A stretch of 64,000 nt of DNA from the human T2T-CHM13v2.0 reference genome, Homo sapiens: the NCBI RefSeq assembly GCF_009914755.1, contig NC_060937.1, one strand, 5' to 3'. A program made the position numbers and the translations under genes. The notes beneath the pieces are model-generated. The model searched no databases. It was not told the origin of the DNA and saw nothing but the letters and a program-made list of their open reading frames with translations. Shown in pieces: positions 1-14,169 of the stretch (positions are counted from its first letter, which is position 1; the number at the start of each line of letters is the position of its first letter).

Positions 1-68
1 ATCGTGCTACTGCACTCCAGCCTGGCAACAGAGCGAGACTCCGTCTCAAAAAAGAAAAAAAGAAAAAG
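1..68 (+). mobile_element. Alu SINE, 3' end and A-rich tail (AluS/Sc-like), cut by the window edge
   Basis: ctgcactccagcctggcaacagagcgagactccgtctc followed by an A-rich tail. Confidence 0.95.
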
Positions 69-318
69 GAAAGTGACATACAGAAAACTTTAGGAAGTGA
101 GGTACAGAAACAGCCGGAATGGTTATAGCTAGGTGTTTGCCTTATATGAACACTGTTTGTACAGTTGGCTAAACTGATTGGCCAAACTCGGTGATTGACA
201 CAAGAGTAGGCTAAGCTCTGTTTACATCTCCAGTTGTTATAGTTTACAATATACAGAGAAACTTTTAGGCCAAATTTAAAATATGTAAGGAAGCAGCGTT
301 AGGCTAAACTTGATTATC
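69..318 (-). mobile_element. MER57-family ERV1 LTR, 5' part, interrupted by the Alu
   Basis: The reverse complement matches the recalled MER57 start (tgttaaattaagtttagcctaaagctgcctccttacatattttaagttcggcctaaagg); the window reads ttttaggccaaatttaaaatatgtaaggaagcagcgttaggctaaacttgatta. Confidence 0.8.
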
Positions 319-643
319 ATTTCTTACAATAAGTTTTCACAGAGAAAAATTATCCAGCATTCTGTCTAGAAAAATAAACACACAACAGACAAACGCACAC
401 ATGAACGAACAGCTGGGATTATCAATTTTCAGCATATGTGATTGCAGATAATTCCTCTATTCTCAGTGAGGACATCTGTTACATCACTATTTAAACTATT
501 ATTGCTATTTTAATCTTTGGTCTACCCACCATTTCCTCTTCAGAGGTATTGGTTATCATCTAATTTCTGAGACATTTTGAAGTTCTTTCAGGTAGATCAT
601 TTACTTCTTGGCTTCCTTCACTGACAGTTAGGATTTTAGGTTT

Positions 644-970
<327 letters not shown>

Positions 971-1589
971 TTAGACATTTGCTACTTGCCTTTCTGCTTA
1001 TAACTTCAAAACATATTTACTATTTTCTTCTATTCCATTGTTTTTTACCTTGAAAGTGAAAACGAAAAAGAAACTTTATTGCCATTTAATCATTCATAAT
1101 ATAACAAAGGTAACTTCTTTTCCATTTACTGTTTATAATAAAAATTACTAGATCTCTTGGGCTTTTTTCCTACATGATTCTGCCATTAATTAAGCAGACA
1201 AATGATAACAGAGATTCCACATATCACCTATGGAAATTATGGTGCAGCCCTCGAAGTGGAGATTGCATACAATTACAGAACAGTTCTTTTAAGTTTATAA
1301 GCAAATTAAAGCTAAGGGTCAATAATACTATTTACTGTTGGAGTATCAAAGCTCTATACTCCTAGCTTAGTGTTATTAAGAGGATCTCAGAATATTCCCT
1401 CAAATTCTGACTAAAATAAAATACTCTAAAATTATTAGTTTTATAAAACATTGTTGGACCCTAAAATTATTATTTTTAGAAAACATTTTTAGAAGTGGAT
1501 AAATAATAACCCTATTAATTACAAAAACACATTTGACTCTTCGTATTAGTGGATACAAAAAATGTGATTTCTAATTCAATGTTTATTTT

Positions 1590-1800
1590 TGAAACTTTAT
1601 TATAATACTTTTAGGTATAAAAGTAATGTATGTTCACTTGAACAAATTAACAAAAGTAAAAATATATAATATGAATAAACAATAAATTCCCTTCACATGT
1701 CACCTTCCCTTGACTAGCTAGTGTTTACGACATGTTGTGCATTTTTCACAGCCTTTTTTGTGACATCTAAACATATGGAAATGTGTACTATGAGCAAATA
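1590..1800 (-). mobile_element. Ancient L1ME-type 3' end fragment
   Basis: tataaaagtaatgtatgttcacttgaacaaatt...cccttcacatgtcacc resembles an antisense L1ME3/4 3' UTR; highly diverged. Confidence 0.4.
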
Positions 1801-1815
1801 TAAAAACAGATACGA

Positions 1816-2118
1816 GGCCCCGCGCGGTGTCTCATGCCTGTAATCCCAGCACTTTGGGTGGTGAATCATTTGAGGTCAGGAGTTTGAGACCAGGCTGGCC
1901 GACATGGTGAAACCCTGTCTCTACTAAAAACACACAAAAATGAGCTGGATATGGTGGTACGCGCCTTAATCCTAGGTACTTGGGAGGCTGAAGCATAAGA
2001 ATAGTCTGAACCCAGGAGGTGGAGGTTGCAGTGAGCCAAGATCGCGCCACTGCCCTCCAGCCTGGGTGACAGAGTGAGACTTTGCCTCCAAAAAATATAT
2101 ATATATATATATATATAG
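1816..2118 (+). mobile_element. AluS with a short left-arm deletion; tail converted to (TA)n
   Basis: ggccccgcgcggtgtctcatgcctgtaatcccagcactttggg ... cagcctgggtgacagagtgagac; ORF 1832..2164 is the antisense Alu reading. Confidence 0.95.
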
Positions 2119-4152
2119 CTATATATGATATATAATGTAAATGTTTATATAAAATATAATGCAATTATTTCCTATGTGTACTTTGTTCATAAATACATAA
2201 AAAATTTTTAAAAAGCAGAAAGAAAGATGATAAATCATGTTGATGGAGCCTGGCTTTAAAGATGAATATAATGTAATTTAGTTGTGCTGTTCATTTTTTC
2301 TAACAATATTCAGAATGCCTCTTTTGATGTCTAAAAACCAGTGTTTTAAGGCTGAGTTTGATCTAATGTAATATTCTTATGGAAAAAGATATAGGCTTAT
2401 AGAATACTAATTTGAAAATTAGGAAATAAACATCATTTCATAACTTTATATTTTTCATTTCTTTGAGAACTCTTTTTAAAATTGTTTTAAAAATTTTAAT
2501 TCATGTAATATGTCAACTGAGATTTTACTTTATTGTCTTAAGTTTCCAGTTAGTAATAACTCCATACCACATGTCTTGCAATTGAGCAATTTGTTGTTTA
2601 ATTAATATATCTAGGATTGAATAATTTGCTATAGTTGCTGATTAGAAGTGCCAGCCTTGCCTGAAATTTGTTTAAATTGGAATTATCTAATCTTTTGGGA
2701 ATAGATGTGCTGTTTAGTTTTTCCTGCTTTCCTTAACAAATTTGATTTATGTGGTTTTTTCCCTGTGACCTGCCATATACTTTACTGGAAAAAAATGCAT
2801 AGAAACACTAGGAGGAACTTCTCTGTAGTTTACTAAGAGATTCTGTAACTAATTTACACTGTCACCACCAGCCATTGGAACATATAAAAGAGTGACAATA
2901 CTATTGTATATTTTAAAATAGCAAGCACCTCTTTAATACGAAGCAAATGCTTCTTTTATTTTCCAGAAAAAAATAAAGTATGTTTCTATCCAAGGTGATA
3001 TAACAAATTACTGGCAACTCTTGACATTGGTTTCGCAGACAAACAATTTAACTTTTATATTGTCTTCAAGTTAGAGTAGCATATTTAAGTGATATCATTA
3101 ATAGGAGTTTTGTACATTAAGCATATCTATTGCAAAAAACAGTGCTCTCAATTATATATCTATTATGTTTTTAATGGAGATCTACTTCTTAAAATGGAAG
3201 TGGGTATCTAGGTTTATTTAATTTATTTTCCAAACACACAAAGATAGTTCTTTTTTAAAATAAGATTAAAATTTGTTCCCAGAAAACAGTAGTCATGGTT
3301 TAGATTTGTCAATAAAGTGACTGAATCAAAGTTGACTTTATATGGAAAATATAATGATTTTAATGTTATTATTGCAGACAAAAATAATGGTTGATTGCCA
3401 CTAATATTTCCTGTAATTTACTAGGTTATATCAAAGAGGAAATCACTTACCTGAAATAATTTCTACATAGAAGCTTTTGGGGGAATACTTTACTCCCTAA
3501 AACTTAATACCAGACATATAATAACAGCAACAAAATCATATATAATAATATAGCCATTGGAAGACAATAGTAATTTGTTATTTAAATTTAATATCCTGAC
3601 TCTTTAACTTACTCATGTTGTTTTAGTAGTGTGGTTTTATATATAACAAGAATTTCTCAATAATTACAGAATAATTGATTTTGATTCAAAAGTAAAATAT
3701 TCTGTGTCTTCTAATGAGCCTTAAGACATTTTACTATAGTCCATCTATTCAGAACAAATAAGCACATTTATATGAGAAAGTCATACTAACAATTCATTAA
3801 TGATAGTAGGTATAAATAGTAATGAGTATTATTTCTCCTGCAAACCTACTCAAGGAAGAGAATGCTGATGAAAACACATACAGGAAGAAATAATTACATG
3901 CTTATATGTCCATTTAGAGATGCTTAGAAAAAGGTGATTAAAGGATTATAAACAAAAACTCAATAATACCGACCCTATCTAACTCACAATAAAATTTATT
4001 TCCATCCAGAGTATTAGTGTCCTTGTTTGGTCACATTTCTAGCCATTCAGCTCAACACACCATTTTTTTTTTCAGGGAGTTTTGTATAATTGATCCCTGA
4101 AATCTCTTGTGCTCCCTCAAATTCAAAACATACAGGCTACTCTTGAAATCTG

Positions 4153-4156
<4 letters not shown>

Positions 4157-4226
<70 letters not shown>
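4157..4226. repeat. Compound microsatellite (CA)n(TC)n
   Basis: About 18 CA units directly followed by about 17 TC units. Confidence 0.98.
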
Positions 4227-4227
<1 letters not shown>

Positions 4228-5001
4228 GTAGTGTAATCTATTGAGACAGCAGTTGAGTGCTAAAAAACCACTTCTATCTGAGGACTTGTAGTACTTGCAT
4301 TGTTATGGCTAATTGAAATACACTGTACATAATACAATTGAATACAAGTATAATTACCCCTAAAAAATATGTCCCCTCTGTTCTCACTATCCTGAATTCT
4401 GATTCTTTTTCATTTCATTCCCAATCTTTGTATGTGATACTTGAAAACACTGCTACAATGTTAACAAAGCTTAATGACTTCCACATTTGCATGCATACAC
4501 TAGTGGAAACTGTTTTTTTCCAGAGATAAAATGCCACTTCTTTTGCAGTCTTAGTGCTGGGAGTACTTCCTCTTGATGGTATGAATCTGAGGCGGTCTCC
4601 TTATTCCCTGCACTTTTAGACCACTACTCTTCCGCCTTCATGTGAAGCCATTATGTCTTTAAGTTACATGTAATTCTGCTTTATCACCCTCTGTACATAT
4701 ATGCTATCACCTAGAAACTGCTTCCATCAAAATCTTTAATAACAGACTGAAAGTGTTATTTTCTAACTCAAAATCATTCCATTAATATAAACATATCAGT
4801 AAAGATGATAGAGTTAAAAACTTGAATCCTCAATTTTTTAAATTTTTTTTACAGCAAGATCATTTATTGCATAATTTCATTACCCTCTCCTGTGCCTTGT
4901 CAGCAGCTGGTAACTGCTTTATTGCTGAAATTACTTATTCAGTCATCCCACTTTTTAACGACAGCTTTCTATATTTCAGCTTATTCTTGCAAGTACTCTG
5001 A

Positions 5002-5250
5002 ACAATAATGACACACAAATGCATACAGCATTTCTTAGATCCTAGCATTATTCTAAGTGTTTTATAATACTTATATTTAATTCTCAAATCATTATTATTA
5101 GATAAATCTTATTACAGACACTTTAAATTTGAAGAAACTGAGGCCCAGGAGATTAATCACTTGTCCAAGTTTACCATATTTATAAGGTATAGAGCTGAAT
5201 TCCAACGAATGTAGCATAGCTTAGTATTTATGCTCTCTAGTACTACAATA
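5002..5250 (-). mobile_element. MIR SINE
   Basis: Antisense MIR core gaagaaactgaggcccagggagattaatcacttgtccaagttta. Confidence 0.8.
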
Positions 5251-6475
5251 GTAAAAAATTCCAGTCTGTAACTGTCTATGTTTTTCAGCTTCTCAATTCT
5301 TAATAATTATTTGACCATTATCTTTGCACTTATACTTGTACCAATATATTTCTATTAGAAATCTGGCAAAACTTGAACACAGGATTAATCAAACTGTTTT
5401 TTTCTTTCCCAGCACGCACTCAGGTTGGAAGTGTTTCTTAGAAAAATTACAGAATCACACAAAATTATGCAACCAATACTTCCCTCAACATGCCACAGTA
5501 GTCCTCCTCTCTTCCCTCACCATGTTCTTTCTCCCACTTTTTTCAGAGTCTACATAAAGCAAAGTCTACACTCTTCATAACTTTTCTTTCTTTCCTTCTT
5601 TGTTCTCATCTAATTTACTTATTTATTACTTGAAAGAGAACTTAGAAGGCATCAGTGAAGAGTTCTCTTAATTTCCTAAACTTCCCTATAAAAGTAAGTA
5701 TATTTGCAACTATTCTTTTGTCTTTTGCTTTTATTTGAACAAAATTTTAAATGATAATGATACTAATACACTTCTACCTCTCATACTTTATTTTAAATAT
5801 TTGATGGTGAGCTTAATTTTCTTTTTTGTTCACGATAGAAAAACAAAATAATTACCCATCAGGTAACATACACTAAAATCTATAAGATGGTAAAATATTA
5901 TATTATGCTGATGCACTGATGCTGTAAACTATATAGAAACATAAAATTAGATTAACAAATGGTAGATAAGTATGCTTTATAATTTATTTAATGTATTAGA
6001 TTATAACTAAAGGGAACACATTCACATTTTGTATATAACACTTGGTTGCCACAATTTTTAGTTCATAAACAAATTGATTTTTCATGTTTTATAGACTTTT
6101 CCCTATGTTAAGAACTGTTATCTTTATACCACATATTTTCTAAGCATTTTTCCCCAGCTTGCCTATTGTTTATGATGTGTAAATATATACTAGTTGAAAA
6201 TTATGGGTTTGTTACGTATTCCATTACTTTTATTCATAACTTCATCTTCACCCAGGGTGTGGCAATTCATCTACTTTTACTCATTTTCTAAAATGGAGTT
6301 TAATTTATGGCATTATGTGAAATGAAATTTTGTTTTAATATTCTCATATATAAAATATCATTAATTACATTGTTTATTTGTTGCTCTTTATTTTCTTTTT
6401 AATTGAGATCACTTTCTATATGCATGTAAAATGATATTTCAAGCATATATATCCTATTCCATTAACCTGTTTTCA

Positions 6476-6513
<38 letters not shown>
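6476..6513. repeat. (TA)n microsatellite
   Basis: Direct run with one TG interruption. Confidence 0.95.
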
Positions 6514-6514
<1 letters not shown>

Positions 6515-6999
6515 TTCAACATAGGGCAAGTTCTTCATGATGTATCTTTGTATCTATTCAAATTTCAGCATGATGAAAAATCAGAGGGTTCAGGAGAAAA
6601 TTATAGGGCTAATAACATTGTGCCACGTGTTTAACATTCTTTGTGTATGCTTGGAGTTAATTCAAACAAGTAATCCATGTTAATTCCCTCTCATAAGATC
6701 TTTTGTTAGATATACATGATTTTAAGGAGTATTTGACATTGCTGGTATGATGTTAAAATAACTTCCATGAGAACTATTGCTCTGTCAAGAGCTGAATAGG
6801 AATTGGTAGAGGAAAATAGCGAGAAAGGAAAATATTGTGACTAAGAAAAGGAATATTAAGGGATAAGTAATTTTTCAGAGTGGAGGCTAATGTAGATGAA
6901 CTATGCAGGCCATAGCTGAGAAAGTTTTCTTCAAGCATGATGCTATTTTCTCTTTAGTCATTAGTTTCATGTCATGGTATAAGAATATGAATACTAATG

Positions 7000-7490
7000 G
7001 CCAAGCTATGATGAGGCTAAGTGGAGGGCACTCCCAGAGCGGGAGCAGTATGTTACCACTTTCTTTGTTATTCAGTCTCCTCTACAGGGCCATGTTCTCT
7101 GTTGATCTTTGCCTTTGTTTTGTGATGAAGCTGCCCTTAAGTGTCTGGTACTTTTTAACCTTCCATCATATATGAGACCAAGCATGATGGAGTTGATTGA
7201 GAGCCTGCTAAAGATGCCTGGGGCTCTTGACTAGTAGGCTTAGCTCCAGGATAATTGCACTGGGAGACAGTCATTACTTTAAGTTCCCTAAATTACTGAA
7301 CTCCACAGAAGTTTCCTAGGCACTTTATATTTCTCTAAAGTGAATCTTCCAATTTTAGGATGGGGATAGATTGGGGAGATGGATACTGCCTGACAAAGAT
7401 ATTCTACTTGCTGGAATGGAAGACAAGAGTAGGTGCACGTAAAATTCTGTATAGAGACATTTCCTTACCATCCACCTTTGCTGCTCTATC
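7000..7490 (-). mobile_element. HAL1 / ancient L1 5'-region fragment
   Basis: gggctcttgactagtaggcttagctccaggataattgc...ttctctaaagtgaatcttccaat resembles the recalled antisense HAL1 5' region. Confidence 0.45.
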
Positions 7491-8459
7491 TTATTTTTGA
7501 TATATTCTGTTCTGTTACTTCTCTACATAAATTATTCTCTGCCTTGCTTTATTGCATAATACCCATTCATTTCCCCATAAATATGTCACATTGTATATAC
7601 AACATATAGCTTTATATTTACAATTTATATATTTAAAATACCTATTTATATATGTATACATTTTGGTCTCTTTTCCACTGAAAATACTTTGCTAGTTGTC
7701 TTTGTCATTATGATTTATGTGCCTTGTCATTATTTAAACTATAATGTACGGTAGGGATTAGACAGAAGCAAGGATAAATTTTACAGGCAGTTTACAACCT
7801 TTACATTAAGTATAATCCTTTATTAATTGGGTATTGGCTTTATTATCCCTGAACTCTGTGTATCTCTCATTTAAGTGTCTGCTATTTATGAAAAATTATA
7901 TTATATTTTTGTCCTTGGTTATATTTTTGTCATTGGTTGTTTGGGCTTTTTGTAACCTATTTCTTTCAAAAAACAAACTTTCCTTCTAGGATCCTAGATC
8001 ACAAATAGAATGACCCACTGGGGAGAAAATGCATACAGTATAGAATGTTAACTACCCCTCCTCTCTTCTTAATAAATCTTTTCCAAGTAAACCACCTTCC
8101 TCATCACACATAGATCTCTTCAACACAAACCTGATTTCTTTATAATCACTTTTGTCTCACTACTTTATAGGCCACAATAAGCTGACAAAAAGAAAAGAAT
8201 GTGTACATACGTGCATCAGCCTATGACTTGTGAATGTGTTTCAGGTAATACTGATTTCTAATTCTGGTACTTAGGGCTAGATGTCATGAATTTTTTTGTA
8301 AAGAAAGGTGGAATTTAAAAAATAAATTTCTACCAATAATACATTTTGTTAATGTTCATAATTCATGTGTAGATATACATATATAGTTTAGATATGTATA
8401 CAAGTATTAATAAAATGTGCAAGGTGTAACTTACATATATTTAAATTGGTAATTTAAAT

Positions 8460-11400
8460 TATTATTATTTTAAACTTTTAGTTCATGGGTACATGTGCAG
8501 GTTTGTTACACAGATAAATTTGTGTCATGGGAGGTTTGTTGTACAGATTATTTCATCACCCAGGTATTAAGCTTAGTACACATTAGTTATTTTTCTTGAT
8601 CCTCTCCCTCCTCACACTTCACCCACTGATAGGCTCCAGTGTCTTTTGTTCCCCTCCTTGGGTTCATGTGTTCTCATCATTTAGTTTTCACTTATAAGTG
8701 AGAATATGCAGTTTTTGGTTTTCTGTTCCTGTGTTAATTTGCTAAGGATAATGGCCTCTAGCTCCATCCAAGACCCTGCAAAGGACATGATCTCATTCTT
8801 TTTTATGGCTGCATAGTATTTCATGGTGTTTATATACCACATTTTCTTTATCCAGTCTGTCATTGATGGGCATTTAGGTTGATTCCATGGATTTGGTACC
8901 ATGAGTAGTGTTGCAGTAAACATACATGTGCATGTGTCTTTGTAAATCATTTATAGAATGATTTATAATCCTTTGAGTATATACTCAGTAATGGGATTGC
9001 TGGGTCTAATGGTATTTGTGGCTTTAGGCCTTTGTGGAATCATCACACTATCTTCTACAATGGTTGAACTAATTTACACTTCCACCAACAGTGTATAAGT
9101 ATTCCTTTTACTCCAACACCTCACCAGCATCTGTTATTTTTTGACTTTTTAATAGTAGCCATTCTGACTGATGTGAGATAGTATCTTATTATGGTTTGGA
9201 TTTGCATTTCTCCAATGAAGAGTGATGTTGAGCTTTTTGTTCATATGATTGTTGGCTGTATCTATGCCTTCTTTAGAAGTGTCTTTTCATTTTCTTTGCC
9301 CACATTTATGGAGTTGTTTGTTTTTTTCTTGTAAATTTATTTAAGTTTCTTATAGATGCTGGATATTAGACCTTTGTCAGATGCATAGTTGTCAAATATT
9401 TTCTCTCATTCTGCAGGTTGTCTGTTTGCTCTGTCTATAGTTTCTTTTGCTGTGCAGAAATTTAGTTTAATTATATACCATTTGTCAATTTTTTGCATTT
9501 GTTGCAAATGCTTTTGGCATCTTTGTCACGAAATATTTGCCTGTGCCTATGTCCTTAATGGTATTTCCTAGGTTGGCTTCAAGGATTTTTATAATTTTAG
9601 GTTTGACACTTAAGTCTTTAATCCATCTTGGGTTAATTTTTGTATAAGGTATAAGGAAGAGGTCCAGTTTCAATCTTCTGCGTATAGCTAGACAGTTTTC
9701 CCAGCACCATTTATTGAACAGGAAATCCTTTCCCCATTGCTTGTTTTTGTCACTTTGTTGAAGACCAGATAGTTGTAGATGTGTGGTCTTATTTCTGGGT
9801 TCTCTATTCTGTTCCATTGGTCTATGTGTCTGTTTTTGTACCAGTACCATGCTATTTAGGTAACAGTAGCTCTGTAGTATAGTTTGAAGTCAGGTGGCAT
9901 GATGCCTCCAGTTTTGTTCTTTTTGGTTAGGATTGCCTTGGATATTTGGACTTTTTTTGGGTTCCATATGTATTTTAAAATAGTTACTTTTAATTCTGTA
10001 AAGATTGTAAATGGTAGTTTAATAGGTATAACATTGAATTTATTAATTGCTTTGGGCAGTACGAACATTTTAACAATATTGATTCTTCCTATCCTTGAGC
10101 ATCAAATGTTTTTTAATTTGTTTGTGTCTTCTCTGACTTCTTTGAGCAGTGTGTTGTAGTTTTCCTTGTAGAGATCCTTCACCTCCCTAGTTAGCTAGAT
10201 ACCTAGGTATTTTATTCTTTTTGTGGTAGTTGTGAACTGGAGTTCATTCCTCATTTTGCTCTCTGCTTGGTGTATAGAAATGTTAGCGAATTTTTTCAAA
10301 TTGATTTTGAATCCTGAGACTGTGTTGAAGTTGTTTATCAGCTTAGAAAGCTTTGGGACTCAGACAATAGGGTTTTTCTAGATATAAGATCATGTCCTCT
10401 GCAAAGACAGATAGTTTGATTCCCTCTCTTCGTATTTGGATGGACTTTATTTCTTTATCTTACTCGATTGCCCTGGCCAGAACTTCCAATACTATGTTGA
10501 AGAGGAGTGGTGAAAGAGGGCATACTTGTCTTATACCTGTTTTCAAGGAGAATGCTTCCAGGTTTTGCCCATTCAGTATGGTGTTGGATGTGGGTTTGTC
10601 ATATATGTATCTTATTATTTTGAGGTATGTTTATTCAATACCTACTTTATTGAGAGTTTTAAATATAAATGGATGTTGAATTTTATTGAAAGTCTTTTCT
10701 CCACGTATTGAGATAATCACATGTTTTTTGTTTTTAGTTCTGTTTATGCAATGGATCACGTTTATTGATTTGTCTATATTGAACCAACCTTGTATCTCAG
10801 GGATAAAGCCTACTTGATCATGGTGAATAAGCTTTTTGATGTGCTGCACTAAATTTGAGTTGCCAGTAGTTTTCTGAGAATTTTTGCATTGATATTGATG
10901 AAGGATATTAACCCAAAGTTTTCTTTCTTTGTTGTATCTCTGCCAGGTTTTGATATCAGGATGTTGCTGACCTCATAGGATGAGTTAGAGAGAAGTCCCA
11001 TCTCCTTGATTTTTTTGAATAGTTTCAGTAGGAAGAGTGCCAGATCTTATTGTACATCTGGTAGAATTCAGCTGTGAATCCATCTGGTCCTGGGCTTTAT
11101 TGTGTTGGAAGACAATTTATTACAGCCTACATTTCAGAACTCATTTTTGGTCTGTTCATGGATTCAATATCTTTCTGGTTCAGTCTTGGGAGGGTGTATG
11201 TGGAATGTATCCATTTCTTCTAGATTTTTTAGTTTATGTGTAGAAAAGTGTTCTTTGTAGTCTCTGATGGTTGTATTTATGTGGGGTCAGTAGTAATATC
11301 ACCCTTATTGTTTCTGATTGTATTAATTTGAATCTTCTCTCTTTTCTTCTCTATTAGTCTAGCTAGCAGTCTATTTTATCATTGTTTTCAAAAAATTTGT

Positions 11401-12435
11401 TGATCTTTTGAATGATCTCTTTGTGTCTCAAGCTCCTTCAGTACAGCTCTGATTTTGGTTATTTCTTATCTTCTGCTATCTTTGGAATGTATTTGCTCTT
11501 GGTTCTCTAGGTCTTTTAGTTGTGATGTTAGGTGGTTAACTTGAGATTTTTCTAACTTTTTGATGTAGGCATTTAGTGCTATACATTTCTCCCTGAACTC
11601 TACCTTACTTGTGTTCCAGAGATTCTGTTACGTTGCATCTTTGTTCTCATTATTTTCAAAGAACTTCTTGATTACTGCCTTAATTTCATTCTTTACCCAA
11701 AAGTCATTCAGGGGCAGGTTATTCAATTTCCATGTAATTGTATGGTTTTCAGCAAATTTCTTTGTCTTGATTTCTAATTTGATCGTGTTGTCGCCCAAGA
11801 GACTGCTATAATTTCAGGGTTTTTTTTTTTTTTTTTTTTGCATTTTTAAGGAGTGTTTTACTTTTGGTTATGTGATCAATTCTAGAATATGTGCCATGCG
11901 GTGATGAGAAGAATGTATATTCTGTTGATTATGGTTGGAGAGTTCTGTATATATGTATCAGGTACATTTGACCTAGTGCTGAGTTCAGGTACTGGATATC
12001 TTTGTTAATTTTCTGTCCCAGTGATCTCCCTAGTGTTTTCAGTGAGGTGTTAAAATCTTCCACTATTATTGTGTGGGAATCTAAGTCTCTTTGAAGGTTT
12101 CTAAGCACTTGCTTTATGAATCTGGGTACTACTGTGTTGAGTACATATATATTTAGGATTGTTAGCTTTTCCTGTTCAATTGAACACTTTACCGTTATGT
12201 AATGCTCTTCTTTGACTTTTTAAAAAAAATTTGTTGATTTAAAGTCTGTTTTATCAGAAACTAGGATTGAAACCCCACTTTTTTCTGTTTTCCATTTACT
12301 TGATAGATTTTTTCTTCATTCTTTTATTTTGAGTCTAATTGTGCCACTGCATGTGAGATGGTTCTCTTGAAGAGAGCATACCAGCGGGTCTTGGTTCTTT
12401 ATCCAGCTTGCCACTCTGTATCTTTTAATTGGAGC
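8460..12435 (-). mobile_element. LINE-1 of L1PA11-16 age (L1PA13-like), 5'-truncated: nearly all of ORF2 (disrupted) plus 3' UTR
   Basis: Antisense 3' UTR gtacagattatttcatcacccaggtattaagc; minus-strand ORF fragments [54 protein letters not shown]; ends at gctccaattaaaaga (ORF2 APIKR). Confidence 0.97.
11820..11839. repeat. T20 homopolymer expanded inside the L1
   Basis: Direct run where the L1 consensus has only a short T tract. Confidence 0.9.
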
Positions 12436-12898
12436 TATCCTTTATTAAAATCTCAAGTAGTAAATGTTACCCAAATATTGTAATAAGATCAAACAAAATG
12501 AAAAAAAGTAATTCCAAAGATTTCATTATGCATACTTGTCATTATGCATATATTATGAACGCATGTCTCTAAATATTTCTGTTTGGGGTTTCTTAACTGA
12601 CCAAGTAATATCATTTCTAATTCAAAATTAAATGTAACCTTCTGGAGTTTATCTTTGAAAGAAAAAAGTTCAGCAAAACCTGGAAGAAAACATCTGCTTT
12701 CTATATATTTTAATTCCTTTCCAAAGACAAATTTGTCCATTTACATTTTTTATTTATGAATAGTAAAATTTTGATTGCTCATAACTATGCTTATACTCTT
12801 CTTTGTATTTCTATAAAATTAATAGCTTACTTTCACTTAGCTTCTTGAAAGTATTTGTTATGTTCATTCTTATAAGTTGTGAAATGCATATATATATA

Positions 12899-13270
12899 CA
12901 TAGTTGCTCCTCAGCCTATGATGGTTTGATGATTTTTTAACTTTACAATGGTGAGAAAATGATACACATACAGTAGAAATCATATTTGGAGTACACATAT
13001 AGCCATTCTGATTTTCGCTTCCAGCACAGTATTCAATAAATTACATGAGATATTCAATAACATTGTAAAATAATGTGCCAGATGACTTCACACAACTGTA
13101 GGCTAATGTAAGTGTTCTGAGCATATTTAAGATGGGCTAGGTTAAGTTATGACGTTCAATAGGTAAAATGTATTAACTGCATTTTTGACTTTATGTTAAC
13201 ATACAACTTGATTTTCTGACTTGATGAGTTTATAGGGACATAACCTCATCATTAGTGGAGGAACATTTCT
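12899..13270 (-). mobile_element. MER47A (Tigger5-derived MITE, TcMar DNA transposon)
   Basis: cagtattcaataaattacatgagatattcaa and caactgtaggctaatgtaagtgttctgagca match the antisense MER47A consensus; degenerate TIRs with TA flanks. Confidence 0.88.
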
Positions 13271-14169
13271 ATTATATATGTTTTCTCACTTTCTTCATAT
13301 AGCTAATATTGACTAGGTTTATTTTGATAATTTTAAACATAAATACATTTCATTTATTTCTTAACAATTAAGGATGTTTACATATGAAAATTAGTAATTT
13401 AATAATGTATGAATAATTTAGAATTTGAAAAGTTTATATCTAACTTGTATTTCATGCTTGTTGTTATTTACCTAATAAAGCAGTGACATTAGCAGTGGTG
13501 TACTCATTCCTCTCACTTTTGGATATTTCAATCAGATAGCTATTTTCCTTCTTGAGCTAAATTCCTCTGCTCCGATAAACTTGATTGTGAAAATGTATAA
13601 GATAACTTATTAATTAGTGTCAATCCATCTGTCAATCAATCATCCATTCAGTGCTTCACTTTATAAACATACTAAATGTTTACTGAGATTTGAGCTTGTT
13701 TCCTTTTCTAATCAGCTCTATTGAAATCTGATAGCGTCTGACACTGTGTAACACTCGACCTGTAAACTGAGATTTCAGCTCAATTGTAAACTAGCCTATG
13801 ACTTCCACAGTTTTAGAGGCTGTTGTGCAGCCTATGGCGGTGAGGAGTATCATCCTTAAAATCAATAAGTTGACTTCTTGTTACTTTTAATATTTGTACA
13901 GCCACATATTGAATATTTGTTCTATTGGGGCTCAGGGAAAACATTACAAAAATGAAACTGACATCTGGCCTGAAACCTAATATTAGGATAGTTTGAGTTT
14001 TCCTCCACCAAAACTATATCTAATAACATGGTAGATTTTTTTTGTCTATTCTTTAATGGCTCTCAAAATTTGCACATTTGTTTAATGTATAGACTCTTGT
14101 CTCAGAGTCATATCAATCTGTACACCCACCATCAGCTATGAGTACCAGGTAACATAAACTTGTGTTGAA

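Noticed and set aside
1832-2164. 110-aa ORF, and similar ORFs at 39912-40164, 40963-41223 and 51103-51383
   Set aside because: Standard antisense Alu translations, not genes.
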